Origin: an uncultured Gammaproteobacteria bacterium
GTDB lineage: Bacteria; Pseudomonadota; Gammaproteobacteria; JASBUN01
Direction: 5' to 3'
NCBI GenBank assembly: GCA_963762165.1
Contig: CAVXJN010000003.1
Location: 1,601,066 to 1,665,065 of the forward strand
Length of the DNA: 64,000 nt
Positions 8,655-18,874 of this stretch are shown here, one piece after another. A model generated the notes under the pieces. That model did not search any database. It was not told the DNA's origin and worked only from the letters and a program-made list of their open reading frames with translations. How positions within the stretch are numbered: the stretch's first letter is position 1; each line of letters opens with the position of its first letter. A program made the translations under genes and the position numbers.

Positions 8655-9303
8655 GTCTGCCTGATCCGCTGACAAGGATGTCGGCGGCTCAGGTTGGACG
8701 CTGGCAATATTTTTCAAGCTCCCCGGAATGATCTCCAGTCCGCGGGAACCTCTTATCGCCGGATCGAAATCCCGCGGATCGCGGCAACAGCCCTCCACAT
8801 CGAATAACCCTTCGTCGGGATCCCACCGAGCGCTAGCGTTCGCGCGCTAGTCGGCTAGACGCAGCCAATCATGATGAACGGCCCGCGCTGGTTGCGCGCG
8901 CGTTCGAGTTACCAGCAGCCTTGCTGGGGCGTTTCGGCACCACGACCTTAGCTGCCGCGACACGTTTCGCTACACGTGTCGCCATATGTTGTCGTTGCCC
9001 CCTCGGGACACCGGTAGTAACCGTGAGATCAGTCACTTAGTTGTAACAACGCAGCCAGGCGTTGTTGATGGACGACGATCTGAGCCTGCGCCAATTCCTG
9101 TCTTGTACCTAAGTCACTCAAAACTCGCCGAAAAACTACGATGGCACGGTGATTGCTCAATGCGAAGGGACGCGCCGACGTGGCGTGTATGCGAATGACC
9201 AACAAATCTTACGGACCAATGAGTCCGGAAATGAGTCGGGGCTCGTGCAAACGCGCAAAGAACTGTTGCCGAAACAATCACTGTTCATTTTGGATGCGGA
9301 TCG

Positions 9304-10839
9304 TTGTTTCGGTCGGCAGGTGTAATGGGTGCAAAAAAGGAACGCAGTCCTCTGATGGCAAGTACGGGACAACAACGGATGTTCCCTCCGGGAGTTAGAT
9401 CCGCAGGTTATCTGCCGGCCGGTGTCGCGCCGATGGCGGCTGGACGCCTCGATACTGGCAGTCTGCACGACGTGCCTTGGGTTGCGCTGGTTCAACGGCT
9501 GCTGAGTCCGACGGTGATCGCCTCGACGTTACTGGTATGTGCGTTTTCGTTTGAGCGCTACCTTTCCATCCTGAATCTATCGCTTGCAGGGTTTACGTTC
9601 GTCCTCAGCCTCTATGTCGTCACTGAGTTTCCGTTGACCAAGGTTCAGTCCGGTTTGCTGATCTCCTACCCGAAGCGCCGTTTGCTATTCCAGTGGCTCA
9701 AGCTGATGGGGATCGTACTGTTCATCGGATTCGCCACCAAGACATCGACGCTGTACTCCAGAAAGGTATTGCTGACCTGGTTTGTGGTCACTCCGTTCGC
9801 ACTGCTTCTGATGCAGGAACTCGTCGGCGGTTTGCTGCGGAAAGCAGTGAGTGCGGCACGTTCGGAACGTGCCAAGGTAATCGTCGGCGCAAACCGGATC
9901 GCCTACGAGTTGGCCCGTCGTATCGAATCAGATCCGTTACGCGGCCCGGTGGTGGGATTTTTCGATGACCGGGAGCATTGCCGTATCGCGGATGTATTTT
10001 CCGACAAGCTTCTTGGGCGGCTTGAGGATTTGCCTGCGTTCGTGCGCTCGAGGAACGTGGACTCCATTTATATCGCGCTACCGACCCTGGCCCAAACCCG
10101 GGTGATGCAGTTATTGGCGGACTTGGAGGATACCACGGCCTCGGTATACTTCGTGCCCGATCTCAACGCCTTCCAGCCAATCCAGAATTACATCGACGAT
10201 ATTGACGGCATACCGGCGATCGCAATCCGGGAAACGCCTTTCCGAGGCATCAATTCGCTGATCAAGCGGGTCAGCGACGTGCTGTTTTCAGGCGTCGTTA
10301 TCGCCATGATCTGGCCGCTGCTGTTGCTTCTTGCTGCGTCCGTCAAACTGAGTTCGCCGGGTCCCGTACTGTTTCGACAGCGTCGATACGGGATCGACGG
10401 CCACGAAATCGTCGTATACAAGTTTCGCACCATGACCGTATGCGAGGACGGAGATCGGATCGAGCAAGCGCGTCGTCACGATACTCGCGTTACCCCCATT
10501 GGCCGCTTCATGCGCGCCACTTCGTTGGACGAACTTCCGCAGTTCTTCAATGTACTTCAAGGTGGCATGAGCGTTGTCGGCCCCAGGCCGCACGCAATCG
10601 CACACAACGAATTATACCGCCGGCTCATCCCCGGATACATGCTGCGTCACAAGGTCAAACCCGGGATCACAGGTTGGGCACAGGTCAACGGACTGCGGGG
10701 CGAAACCGATGATGTGGACAAGATGAAGGCACGGGTCCACTACGACCTCGATTACCTGCGCAATTGGTCATTGTGGATGGACGCGTGGATTGTGATTAGA
10801 ACCGCCGTAGGCGGGTTTTTCGGCCGAAGTGCCTACTGA
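9304..10839 (+). CDS. Undecaprenyl-phosphate hexose-1-phosphate transferase (WcaJ/EpsB-type initiating enzyme)
   Basis: N-terminal TM helices. C-terminal bacterial sugar-transferase domain PGPVLFRQRRYGIDGHEIVVYKFRTM...DELPQFFNVLQGGMSVVGPRP...GITGWAQVNG. Start is uncertain (TTG 9304; ATG 9325, 9355 or 9433). Confidence 0.9.
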   Translation: MFRSAGVMGAKKERSPLMASTGQQRMFPPGVRSAGYLPAGVAPMAAGRLDTGSLHDVPWVALVQRLLSPTVIASTLLVCAFSFERYLSILNLSLAGFTFVLSLYVVTEFPLTKVQSGLLISYPKRRLLFQWLKLMGIVLFIGFATKTSTLYSRKVLLTWFVVTPFALLLMQELVGGLLRKAVSAARSERAKVIVGANRIAYELARRIESDPLRGPVVGFFDDREHCRIADVFSDKLLGRLEDLPAFVRSRNVDSIYIALPTLAQTRVMQLLADLEDTTASVYFVPDLNAFQPIQNYIDDIDGIPAIAIRETPFRGINSLIKRVSDVLFSGVVIAMIWPLLLLLAASVKLSSPGPVLFRQRRYGIDGHEIVVYKFRTMTVCEDGDRIEQARRHDTRVTPIGRFMRATSLDELPQFFNVLQGGMSVVGPRPHAIAHNELYRRLIPGYMLRHKVKPGITGWAQVNGLRGETDDVDKMKARVHYDLDYLRNWSLWMDAWIVIRTAVGGFFGRSAY

Positions 10840-10892
10840 TCGCAACGGCTTCACGGATACAGAGTCAGAAAAACGGAAAGGGAATTCTAATC

Positions 10893-11684
10893 ATGTTCAA
10901 AAAACTCATCACCATGCTCTTGTTCTCCTTCGCCGCGGCGTCGATGGCCGGAACACAATCGGTGTCCACGCTCGGTCCCGGAGATACGGTGAAGATCAAT
11001 GTCTACAACCATCCGGACCTCGCGACCGAGGCCCAGATATCGGAAAAGGGCACGATCAATTTCCCGTTGATCGGAGAAGTGAAAGTGCAGGGCCTGACCA
11101 AATCCCAGGCCGAAGACCGAATCGCACACGCGCTCGACCGCGGTAAATACATTCCCAACCCGGAGGTCAACATTCTCGTGACCGAGCAACGCAGTCAGCA
11201 AGTTGCCGTGTTGGGGGAGGTGAAAAAGCCTGGAAAATACGCAATCGTCGGAAACGGCAGTCTCACCGATATGCTTGCCGAGGCCGGTGGCGTGACGGAA
11301 AAAGGCGGCGATCAGGTGATGCTGCTGCGTCGGCAACCGTCCGGCGAGTTGAAACGCTATCGCGTCAACCTCGACAACCTGTTCAGCTCCGCTGGACAAC
11401 CCAAGGACCCTCAGCTTGCTCCGAACGACATCCTGTATGTCCCTGCGGCCCCGGTTTTCTACATCTATGGCGAAGTACGAAAGCCAGGTGCGTATCCGTT
11501 GGAACCGGGTCTTACGGTCCAGCAGGCGCTTTCGGTCGGTGGCGGATTGACTGTGCGCGGCACGGAACGGGGACTACGGATCAATCGTGCAAACGATCAC
11601 GGCAAAGTGCAGACACTGAGCGCCGACCTGACCAGCGCGGTCAAGGCAGGTGACGTGGTGTACGTAAAAGAAAGCATCTTCTGA
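10893..11684 (+). CDS. Polysaccharide export protein (Wza/EpsE-like, Poly_export plus SLBB)
   Basis: Signal peptide. LGPGDTVKINVYNHPDL...GTINFPLIGEVKVQGLT and the SLBB-like NDILYVP segment. Confidence 0.9.
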   Translation: MFKKLITMLLFSFAAASMAGTQSVSTLGPGDTVKINVYNHPDLATEAQISEKGTINFPLIGEVKVQGLTKSQAEDRIAHALDRGKYIPNPEVNILVTEQRSQQVAVLGEVKKPGKYAIVGNGSLTDMLAEAGGVTEKGGDQVMLLRRQPSGELKRYRVNLDNLFSSAGQPKDPQLAPNDILYVPAAPVFYIYGEVRKPGAYPLEPGLTVQQALSVGGGLTVRGTERGLRINRANDHGKVQTLSADLTSAVKAGDVVYVKESIF

Positions 11685-11721
11685 TCCGGCTTGGGGCTGG
11701 AATTAAAGTGGCGTTGTCGAA

Positions 11722-13230
11722 ATGAGCTTCCAACAATTGATGGCAATCCTGCGCGCAAGGCGGCGAATCATCGCGATTGCGGCTTTGTTGGGCCTGGGGG
11801 CTGCGGTCGTCGTGACCGCGTTGCTTCCGCCGCAATACCAAGCGGATGCCAGTCTGATGGTCGGCTATCGACAGGCGGCGACCGCCCCCGACGCGGGTGT
11901 TCCGGCGCCATTGTATGGAGGTTACGTCGCTACGCAGATGGACTTGGTAACCAGCCAGGCGGTCGCCGTCAAGGCCGTACGGGATCTCCACCTGCTGGAC
12001 CGGAAGCAACGGCGAACCCGATACGACGCGGCCCTTGCTGGCCCAGGCGCCCCGCTGCATAAGATGTTCGCCCGACTACGCAACATATTCTCCGCGCGGG
12101 ACGAGCACGCCGAACCTGGCGCGCGTGAGGTTCAGGAACAGATCTGGGCCGATCGCCTGCGACGCCAGATTCATACGAGTAACGGCAGTAACAGCAGCAT
12201 CATCAATATCAGCTTCACTTCGGCGGACCCTCAAGTATCGAAACAAGTCGTAAATGCATTCGCGAAGGCATACCTCGATACATCGGTGGCATTGAGCGTT
12301 GATCCGGCCAAGGAGAACGCGGTCTGGTTTGACGATCAGGTGCAGTCGCTGGGAAGGAACCTCGAGCAGGCTCAGGCGGAATTGTCCGATTACCAGCGCG
12401 AGCAGGGCATCGTTGCCACCGACGAGCGACTGGATACGGAACAGGCGAAGTTGATGGATTTGTCGTCGCAGCTCACGCAGGTTCAGGGCGAGGCCTACGA
12501 CTTGAAGTCGAAGAAACAGCAGGCCGCGCGGTTCGCGGCCAGTGGTGGCAGCGCCGGCCTGATCCCGGACATGCTGTCGAACCCGATGGTGTTGCACCTG
12601 AAACAACAAATTGCCGAGCAGCAGTCAAAACTCAACGAACTGTCCGGGCAGGTCGGGCCGAATTACCCGGCGTACAAGCAAGCCGTTGCGGAACTCGCGA
12701 GCCTCAAAAAACGCCTGTCGCATGAAATCAACACGGTATCCAGCAGCGTCAGCGCCAACGTCGCCGCGGTCGAGCAACGCGAAAAATCGCTGCAGAAGGC
12801 CGTTGCCGAGCAAAAGCGCAAGCTGCTCGATCTACGGGCCAAACGCGATCACGTGCAGGTACTCAAGGCAAGGGTCGAAAACGCACAGCATGTTTATGAC
12901 AACGCGCTTCAGAAAGTCTCGGCCGTGCGCATGGAAAGCCATAGCACGCAGAGCAACGTTTCGCTGGTGAATTCAGCGGTCGCACCGGCGAGCCCCTCTG
13001 GACCGAACGCGACCCGCAATGTAGCGCTTGGGGTGATACTCGGTCTGGCGGTTGGAACCGGCATTGCACTTTGGCGCGAAGTACGCGAGCGCACTGTGCG
13101 TAGCGCGGACGATGTGCAAAGCGGCCTGGGTGTGCCGGTGCTTGCTGTGATCGGGAACGGATCGCGGCGACGCAAGCGTGGGCGACAGGCCCGCCTTGCC
13201 AGCGGTAATTCTATGATGGCAGTACGTTAA
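11722..13230 (+). CDS. Polysaccharide chain-length determinant (Wzz/EpsF-type co-polymerase)
   Basis: N-terminal TM, Wzz-like segment, long coiled-coil periplasmic region, and a second TM (VALGVILGLAVGTGIAL) near the C-terminus. Confidence 0.85.
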   Translation: MSFQQLMAILRARRRIIAIAALLGLGAAVVVTALLPPQYQADASLMVGYRQAATAPDAGVPAPLYGGYVATQMDLVTSQAVAVKAVRDLHLLDRKQRRTRYDAALAGPGAPLHKMFARLRNIFSARDEHAEPGAREVQEQIWADRLRRQIHTSNGSNSSIINISFTSADPQVSKQVVNAFAKAYLDTSVALSVDPAKENAVWFDDQVQSLGRNLEQAQAELSDYQREQGIVATDERLDTEQAKLMDLSSQLTQVQGEAYDLKSKKQQAARFAASGGSAGLIPDMLSNPMVLHLKQQIAEQQSKLNELSGQVGPNYPAYKQAVAELASLKKRLSHEINTVSSSVSANVAAVEQREKSLQKAVAEQKRKLLDLRAKRDHVQVLKARVENAQHVYDNALQKVSAVRMESHSTQSNVSLVNSAVAPASPSGPNATRNVALGVILGLAVGTGIALWREVRERTVRSADDVQSGLGVPVLAVIGNGSRRRKRGRQARLASGNSMMAVR

Positions 13231-13244
13231 ACGGAGCCGCGCAC

Positions 13245-14183
13245 ATGACACGTATGTACAGGGACGAAACCGACGAGTCGAGCATCGTACGCATGATCGG
13301 CGATCGCCAGCTGGGGGACGGGCTCGTCCGAGACTCGATTCCGAGTCCGAACCTGATTGCCGACCGCAACATCGGCCAGATCCTGATCGATGCGGGAAAA
13401 CTTCGGTCGCAAGACGTGGAGAAAGTGTTTTCCCTGCATCGAAAGCGAAAAATCCGCTTCGGCGAAGCTGCGGTGCGTTTGAAGCTCATCACCCATGACG
13501 ATGTTCGATATGCGTTGGCGGTGCAGTTCGACTATCCGACGTTCCCCCACGGTGGTCGAGGTCGTGTCGACCAGTTGGTGGTAGCCAGTGATCCGGAATC
13601 GGAAACGGCCGAAGCAGTGCGTGAGCTGCGCTCCGAGCTGTTGAATCGCTGGTTGGATCACGATCACGACACGCTCGCGCTCGTGAGCGCAAGCCCCGGG
13701 GTCGGCAGAAGCTTTCTCTCGGCGAATCTGGCTGTGGCATTTGCTCAATTGGGCGAGCGAACCCTGTTGATCGACGCAGATCTCCGAAGCCCGTCGCAAC
13801 AGGAATATTTTCAGCTTGATAGCGGCGCTGGCCTGTCGACCGTCCTCGCCGGACGGCATTGGACCGAAACCATCCAGCCAATTGCGCATTTCGGGAATCT
13901 AAGCGTAATGCCCGCCGGCCCGGTTCCGCCGAACCCTTTGGAGCTGCTCGGGAGGACCGAGTTTCGAGTGTTGCTGGACGAAGTGCGGCGGGACTACGAC
14001 GTCGTGTTGCTGGATACCCCGGCCGCTGGTCGGCGAGCCGATGCTCGCATAATCGCCGCGCGCTGTGGGAACGCCCTGGTGGTGGTAAAGACACATCAAG
14101 ACCGCCTGGATGAACTGGATCAGTTCTGCGGTGCGGTGCGGGATTATGGCGCCCAGGTCGTGGGTGCGGTGATGAATCTGTAA
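13245..14183 (+). CDS. EpsG-like BY-kinase-family P-loop protein with N-terminal T2SSE_N/MshEN-like domain
   Basis: N-terminus IGQILIDAGKLRSQDVEKV...RFGEAAVRLKLITHDDVRYALAVQFDYP. P-loop SASPGVGRSFLSANLA, Walker A' LLIDADLRSP, Walker B VVLLDTPA. No C-terminal Tyr cluster. Confidence 0.8.
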   Translation: MTRMYRDETDESSIVRMIGDRQLGDGLVRDSIPSPNLIADRNIGQILIDAGKLRSQDVEKVFSLHRKRKIRFGEAAVRLKLITHDDVRYALAVQFDYPTFPHGGRGRVDQLVVASDPESETAEAVRELRSELLNRWLDHDHDTLALVSASPGVGRSFLSANLAVAFAQLGERTLLIDADLRSPSQQEYFQLDSGAGLSTVLAGRHWTETIQPIAHFGNLSVMPAGPVPPNPLELLGRTEFRVLLDEVRRDYDVVLLDTPAAGRRADARIIAARCGNALVVVKTHQDRLDELDQFCGAVRDYGAQVVGAVMNL

Positions 14184-14228
14184 GCAAATTGTTTTCTGGA
14201 CGAACTGCGCGGCAAGGAGCGGCGACTA

Positions 14229-15344
14229 ATGAAAAAAGCACTGATAACCGGCATCACCGGTCAGGACGGCGCGTACCTCGCCGAACTGCTGCTGCAAAAG
14301 GGATACGAGGTTCACGGGATCAAGCGAAGGGCGTCGCTATTCAATACCGACCGCATCGATCACTTGTATCAGGATCCGTCCGTCAAACAGCGCCGGTTTA
14401 TTCTTCATTACGGCGATCTGACAGATACCAGTAGCTTGGTACGTGTCGTGCAGCAGGTGCAGCCGGATGAGATTTATAATCTGGCGGCGCAGAGTCATGT
14501 GGCGGTGTCGTTCGAAGAGCCGGAGTACACGGCGAATTCAGACGCGCTCGGCACCTTACGGTTGCTGGAAGCAATGCGGATTCTGGGCCTCGAAAAGACC
14601 ACCAAGTTCTATCAGGCGTCGACCTCGGAGCTGTTCGGAAAAGTCATGGAGACCCCGCAACGGGAGACCACGCCATTCTATCCGCGCAGTCCCTATGCGG
14701 CGGCCAAACTCTACGCTTACTGGATCACAGTGAACTACCGCGAGGCGTACGGCATGTATGCGTGTAACGGTATTTTATTCAATCACGAGTCGCCGGTGCG
14801 CGGCGAAACGTTCGTGACTCGTAAGATCACGCGCGGTATAGCGCGGATCGTACTCGGGCTGCAGGATTGCCTTTATCTCGGGAATATGGATGCGAAGCGG
14901 GACTGGGGGCACGCCAAAGACTACGTCGAAATGCAGTGGCTGATGCTACAGCAGGAGAAGCCAGACGACTTCGTGATCGCCACCGGGCATCAGTACAGCG
15001 TCCGCGAGTTTGTGGACAAAGCGGCGGCAAGCCTCGGTGTGGCGTTGGAATGGCGCGGCCAAGGGGTCGATGAAGTCGCGGTGGTGACCAAAGCCGAACC
15101 GCGCTACGCACCTTCCTTGAGGCCGGGCAACGTTGTGGTGAGGGTCGATCCACGGTATTTCCGGCCCACCGAGGTGGAAACCCTGCTCGGCGATGCGACC
15201 AAAGCGCGTGAACGGCTCGGATGGACTCCGAAGATTCCATTCGCGCAACTGGTATCGGAAATGATACGGGAGGATTTCGCGGTAGCGCGGCGGGATTGCC
15301 TGGTCCAGGAAAATGGTTTCAAGGTCTTGAACTACCATGAATAG
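14229..15344 (+). CDS. gmd: GDP-mannose 4,6-dehydratase
   Basis: [42 protein letters not shown]...[34 protein letters not shown] is near-canonical Gmd. Confidence 0.97.
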   Translation: MKKALITGITGQDGAYLAELLLQKGYEVHGIKRRASLFNTDRIDHLYQDPSVKQRRFILHYGDLTDTSSLVRVVQQVQPDEIYNLAAQSHVAVSFEEPEYTANSDALGTLRLLEAMRILGLEKTTKFYQASTSELFGKVMETPQRETTPFYPRSPYAAAKLYAYWITVNYREAYGMYACNGILFNHESPVRGETFVTRKITRGIARIVLGLQDCLYLGNMDAKRDWGHAKDYVEMQWLMLQQEKPDDFVIATGHQYSVREFVDKAAASLGVALEWRGQGVDEVAVVTKAEPRYAPSLRPGNVVVRVDPRYFRPTEVETLLGDATKARERLGWTPKIPFAQLVSEMIREDFAVARRDCLVQENGFKVLNYHE

Positions 15345-16305
15345 GCCTATTTCGAGCGACGATCCGATCTTTGTGGCGGGCCACCGCGGCATGGTGGGTT
15401 CGGCCATAATTCGCAGGTTGAAAGCTGGTGGTTACCGCAATCTGATTATCCGCACGCGAGATGAACTGGATCTGCGCAATCAGGGCGATGTGCGGCGGTT
15501 CGTGTCGCAAGTCAAGCCGGCATATGTGTTCATCGCTGCGGCCCGAGTCGGAGGCATTCTCGCCAACAGCACCCGGCCGGCCGAGTTTTTGTACGACAAC
15601 TTGGCGCTGCAAACCAATCTGTTGCAGGCGGCGCACGAAGCCGGCGTGGAGCGATTGCTGTTTCTGGGGTCGAGTTGCATCTACCCGCGCGAATGTCCGC
15701 AGCCGATCAAAGAAAGTTATCTTTTGAGCGGTCCGTTGGAGAAAACCAACGAAGCATACGCGGTGGCCAAAATCGCGGGTATCAAGTTGTGCGAAGCATA
15801 CAATCGTCAACACGGTCGCCGCTACATCAGTGCTATGCCCACCAATCTGTATGGCGCCAATGACAACTACGACCTCGCCAGCAGTCATGTGATTCCAGCT
15901 CTCATGCGCAAGGCCCATGAAGCCAAAGAGGCGGGGGCGCGAAGCATGAAAGTCTGGGGTACCGGAAAACCTCGCCGGGAATTTCTGCACGTGGACGATC
16001 TGGCGGACGCGTGCGTGTTCATTATGGAGAATGACCTGGATCAGGCACTGTACAACGTCGGCGTCGGAGAGGATTTGCGCATCAGCGAATTGGCGGAACT
16101 TATTTGCGACGTGGTGGGCTACTCGGGCGCGTTGGAATTCGACCTCGACATGCCCGATGGAACGCCGCGCAAGTTGTTGGACGTTTCCAAATTGTCCGAG
16201 GCTGGATGGCGCGCACAAATCGGTTTGCGTGCGGGCCTGGAATCGACCTATCAGGACTTTCTCCTGCACGCGGTATCCCGTACGGGTCGGCGGGCACGCG
16301 GGTGA
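15337..16305 (+). CDS. fcl: GDP-L-fucose synthase (GDP-4-keto-6-deoxymannose 3,5-epimerase/4-reductase)
   Basis: [14 protein letters not shown]...[11 protein letters not shown]...[20 protein letters not shown]...MPTNLYG. Overlaps gmd by 8 nt. Confidence 0.95.
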   Translation: MNRPISSDDPIFVAGHRGMVGSAIIRRLKAGGYRNLIIRTRDELDLRNQGDVRRFVSQVKPAYVFIAAARVGGILANSTRPAEFLYDNLALQTNLLQAAHEAGVERLLFLGSSCIYPRECPQPIKESYLLSGPLEKTNEAYAVAKIAGIKLCEAYNRQHGRRYISAMPTNLYGANDNYDLASSHVIPALMRKAHEAKEAGARSMKVWGTGKPRREFLHVDDLADACVFIMENDLDQALYNVGVGEDLRISELAELICDVVGYSGALEFDLDMPDGTPRKLLDVSKLSEAGWRAQIGLRAGLESTYQDFLLHAVSRTGRRARG

Positions 16306-16325
16306 GAGCAGTGGGCGCCGCGACC

Positions 16326-17654
16326 ATGACCGGGTTGATGGCGCGCGGGGCCGGTGCGATCCGCTCGCGCAGGGGGGCTGGCATGGCGCTCGCCGACCAG
16401 GCCGCGGTCAGCGCCAGCAATTTCCTGACCATATATCTACTGGCCAGGTCCATGGCGCTGGAGGAGTTCGGGCTGTTCGTTCTCGGACAGACAACGTTGC
16501 TGCTACTGACCAGTCTGCACAACGCGCTGTTGGTCGAACCGCAAAACGTACTCGGCAGCCGCCTCGACCTACCACGGTATAAACAATTTCTCGGCGCCCT
16601 GACGCGCGCTCACGTGGTGCTGCTGATCTGCGTTCTCGGCGTTTCAATAGTGGCCGGAGCGGTCGCTTGGTCATTGGGCCTGTTTCGGGCGGCGTCGGTC
16701 GGCCTCGTGATCGGCGTCACCCTGGTTCCGTGGCTGGGCCAGGAGTTTGTGCGCCGCGCACTGTATGCCAGGAGCGAGGTGGCGGCCGCGTTGGTCAACG
16801 ACGTGGTGTGCTATGGCCTGCAATTGGTAGCGGTGGTTTGGCTCGTGACCCAATCCGGTTCCGGCGGTCCGCTGACCGAACAGGCGCTCGCGGTGCTGGG
16901 CGGTTCTTCTCTGATAGCGGCGCTGTTCGGCGTGTTCCAATTGCGCCGCACGTTCGGGCCGGCCGGTTGGCACAGCACAGTTGCTGAGCGCCGTCGCATC
17001 GGGCACGACGTATGGGAGATCGGACGCTGGCTTCTAGGCCGTAACGCCGTAACTTGGTTGGGCACCAACGGGCACGCCTGGGTGGTTGCGTTGTTGTTGG
17101 GTCCAGTTGCCCTCGGCACCTATCGCGCCACCATACATCTGGTCAACGTGATCAATCCGCTGCGTCAAGCAGCTCTCAACTACCTTCCGCCGCGTGCAAA
17201 CCGGGTTTTCCATGGCAACGGCGTATCCGGCCTGGCCCATTGGGTGATACGCATCTCCGCCTTTCTGGGCGTGTCGCTGCTGCCGGCGCTGTTGATTCTG
17301 GTGCTGTGGCCGGATCGAATCCTTGGCTTCGCCTACGGACAGAAGCTTTCCGGCCAGGGACTCGGCTTGGTGTTGGCGGCAGCGGCCACCGCCCAGGTAT
17401 TGGCATTTCTGCGGTTTCCGATGGACGTGGCAGTGATTGCCATGGGTGGTGCACGTCAGATGTTTTTCGTCAGTGTGATTCCGGTCCTGTTGCTGGCTAG
17501 CGTCGGCGTCGCGCTGATTCTGCATTTCGGAATACTCGGTGTCGCACTGTCCTCCCTGGTGATCGCAATCACGTTGCTCGGTACCAGTTACGGAATATAT
17601 AGGCGCAACGCCACACGACTGCCTGCTGATGGTGGGCAAATGGAGATGCAGTAA
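16326..17654 (+). CDS. MOP-superfamily polysaccharide flippase (Wzx-like)
   Basis: About 12 predicted TM helices with a PST-family-like N-terminus (ADQAAVSASNFLTIYLLARSM..EFGLF). The first ATG after the fcl stop was chosen; the upstream part of the listed ORF overlaps fcl. Confidence 0.7.
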   Translation: MTGLMARGAGAIRSRRGAGMALADQAAVSASNFLTIYLLARSMALEEFGLFVLGQTTLLLLTSLHNALLVEPQNVLGSRLDLPRYKQFLGALTRAHVVLLICVLGVSIVAGAVAWSLGLFRAASVGLVIGVTLVPWLGQEFVRRALYARSEVAAALVNDVVCYGLQLVAVVWLVTQSGSGGPLTEQALAVLGGSSLIAALFGVFQLRRTFGPAGWHSTVAERRRIGHDVWEIGRWLLGRNAVTWLGTNGHAWVVALLLGPVALGTYRATIHLVNVINPLRQAALNYLPPRANRVFHGNGVSGLAHWVIRISAFLGVSLLPALLILVLWPDRILGFAYGQKLSGQGLGLVLAAAATAQVLAFLRFPMDVAVIAMGGARQMFFVSVIPVLLLASVGVALILHFGILGVALSSLVIAITLLGTSYGIYRRNATRLPADGGQMEMQ

Positions 17655-18865
17655 TGAGCGCCCATCAAGAAAATGCAGCACCAGCGCGGAGACTGCGGAT
17701 CGCAGTGTTCGGTGAATGGGGCGAGACCAACCTCGGTGACTGGGCGATTTACCACGGAGTAGCGGAATTTTTTTCCGCTCCGGGTACGATCGTCGACGCC
17801 TATCGATGCGGCGCCCTGCGGCCATTCGAGTTTCCGACTTCGCAGCCGTCGTCAAGTGTCGGCGTCGCGCCGAACCGGCCCGCACTCGGGTCGCGCTCCG
17901 GCAACCATGTTGCCTTTCAATTGTTGAAGCGTTCGGTGCGTGGCTTGCGCCAGGAATGGCTGGTGCGTCGGCTGATGCCGCGGCTGGCGCAGGCGGATCT
18001 GGTGTGCGTCGGCGGAGGCGCCTTGCTCTGTGACCGAAATCTCCATTTCCCGCAGTCGTTGGTGGCGATCGCCCGAGCCGTGCAGGCGCTGCGCAAACCG
18101 ATGTGGTGTCTCGGTTGCAGCGTGGACGGCGAATGGACGCCGCGCGGGCAGCAGATGATCCTCGAGTTCCTGGAAAGCTGTGACGCAATCGCCGTGCGTG
18201 ACGTAGCCACTGCGAAACGCCTCGCCAGCGCGACCGGCAGACAGGTGCCGGTGTTCGGAGACTTCGCCTTGCCGTCTCGGCCCAGTGTCCGGAGTCCGGC
18301 CGCGGCCAGGCGTTTCGTGCTGGGCATCAACGTGTCCCAGATTCCGGCGCCGTGGGACCACCACCAAAAACGCTATGAAGAGGCCCTGGTGGCAATTGCG
18401 CGTCGATTTTTGCTGGAAACCGAGCGCAAACCGGAGATCGTGCTGTTTACGACGGGTACTCCACAAGATGATGCGCCACTTGCTCGCGTTCACGAGTGTC
18501 TGACGGCATTCGGCACGGTTGCGGTCACGCCGACCAGCTTGGAGGAACTGCATGCTGTGCTGGACGAAAGCGAGATCGTTATCGCAACCCGTCTGCACGC
18601 CGCGATCGTATCGTTGGCTCGCGGGCGTCCGGTCCTGGGATTTTCTCCATCGCCAAAAATCGGCAGTTTCTTTGCGAGCGTAGGACTGGATGAGTTTTTT
18701 CTACAAATCCCGGATGCCGGCGAAATGGATCTGATTGCGAAAATTGCCGCTCGCAATTCGCTCGATCAGCAATGGCAGCGTATGGACCAGTCGCAATGCT
18801 GGAGTACGAGACGGGAACTTTTGGACCGGTTGCAGCAATTGGGCAACCGCAGCATGGCGTCTTAA
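17654..18865 (+). CDS. Polysaccharide pyruvyl transferase family protein
   Basis: LRIAVFGEWGETNLGDWAIY and IVIATRLHAAIVSLARGRPVLGF resemble the PS_pyruv_trans family. TAATG junction with the flippase gene. Confidence 0.7.
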   Translation: MSAHQENAAPARRLRIAVFGEWGETNLGDWAIYHGVAEFFSAPGTIVDAYRCGALRPFEFPTSQPSSSVGVAPNRPALGSRSGNHVAFQLLKRSVRGLRQEWLVRRLMPRLAQADLVCVGGGALLCDRNLHFPQSLVAIARAVQALRKPMWCLGCSVDGEWTPRGQQMILEFLESCDAIAVRDVATAKRLASATGRQVPVFGDFALPSRPSVRSPAAARRFVLGINVSQIPAPWDHHQKRYEEALVAIARRFLLETERKPEIVLFTTGTPQDDAPLARVHECLTAFGTVAVTPTSLEELHAVLDESEIVIATRLHAAIVSLARGRPVLGFSPSPKIGSFFASVGLDEFFLQIPDAGEMDLIAKIAARNSLDQQWQRMDQSQCWSTRRELLDRLQQLGNRSMAS

Positions 18866-18874
18866 GGATTTCGG

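Noticed and set aside
9005-9020. CCGGTAGTAA upstream of the EPS operon, considered as an ops/JUMPStart (GGCGGTAG) element
   Set aside because: Only GGTAG matches and the flanks do not fit the 8-12-nt ops consensus. No RfaH-type context can be verified.
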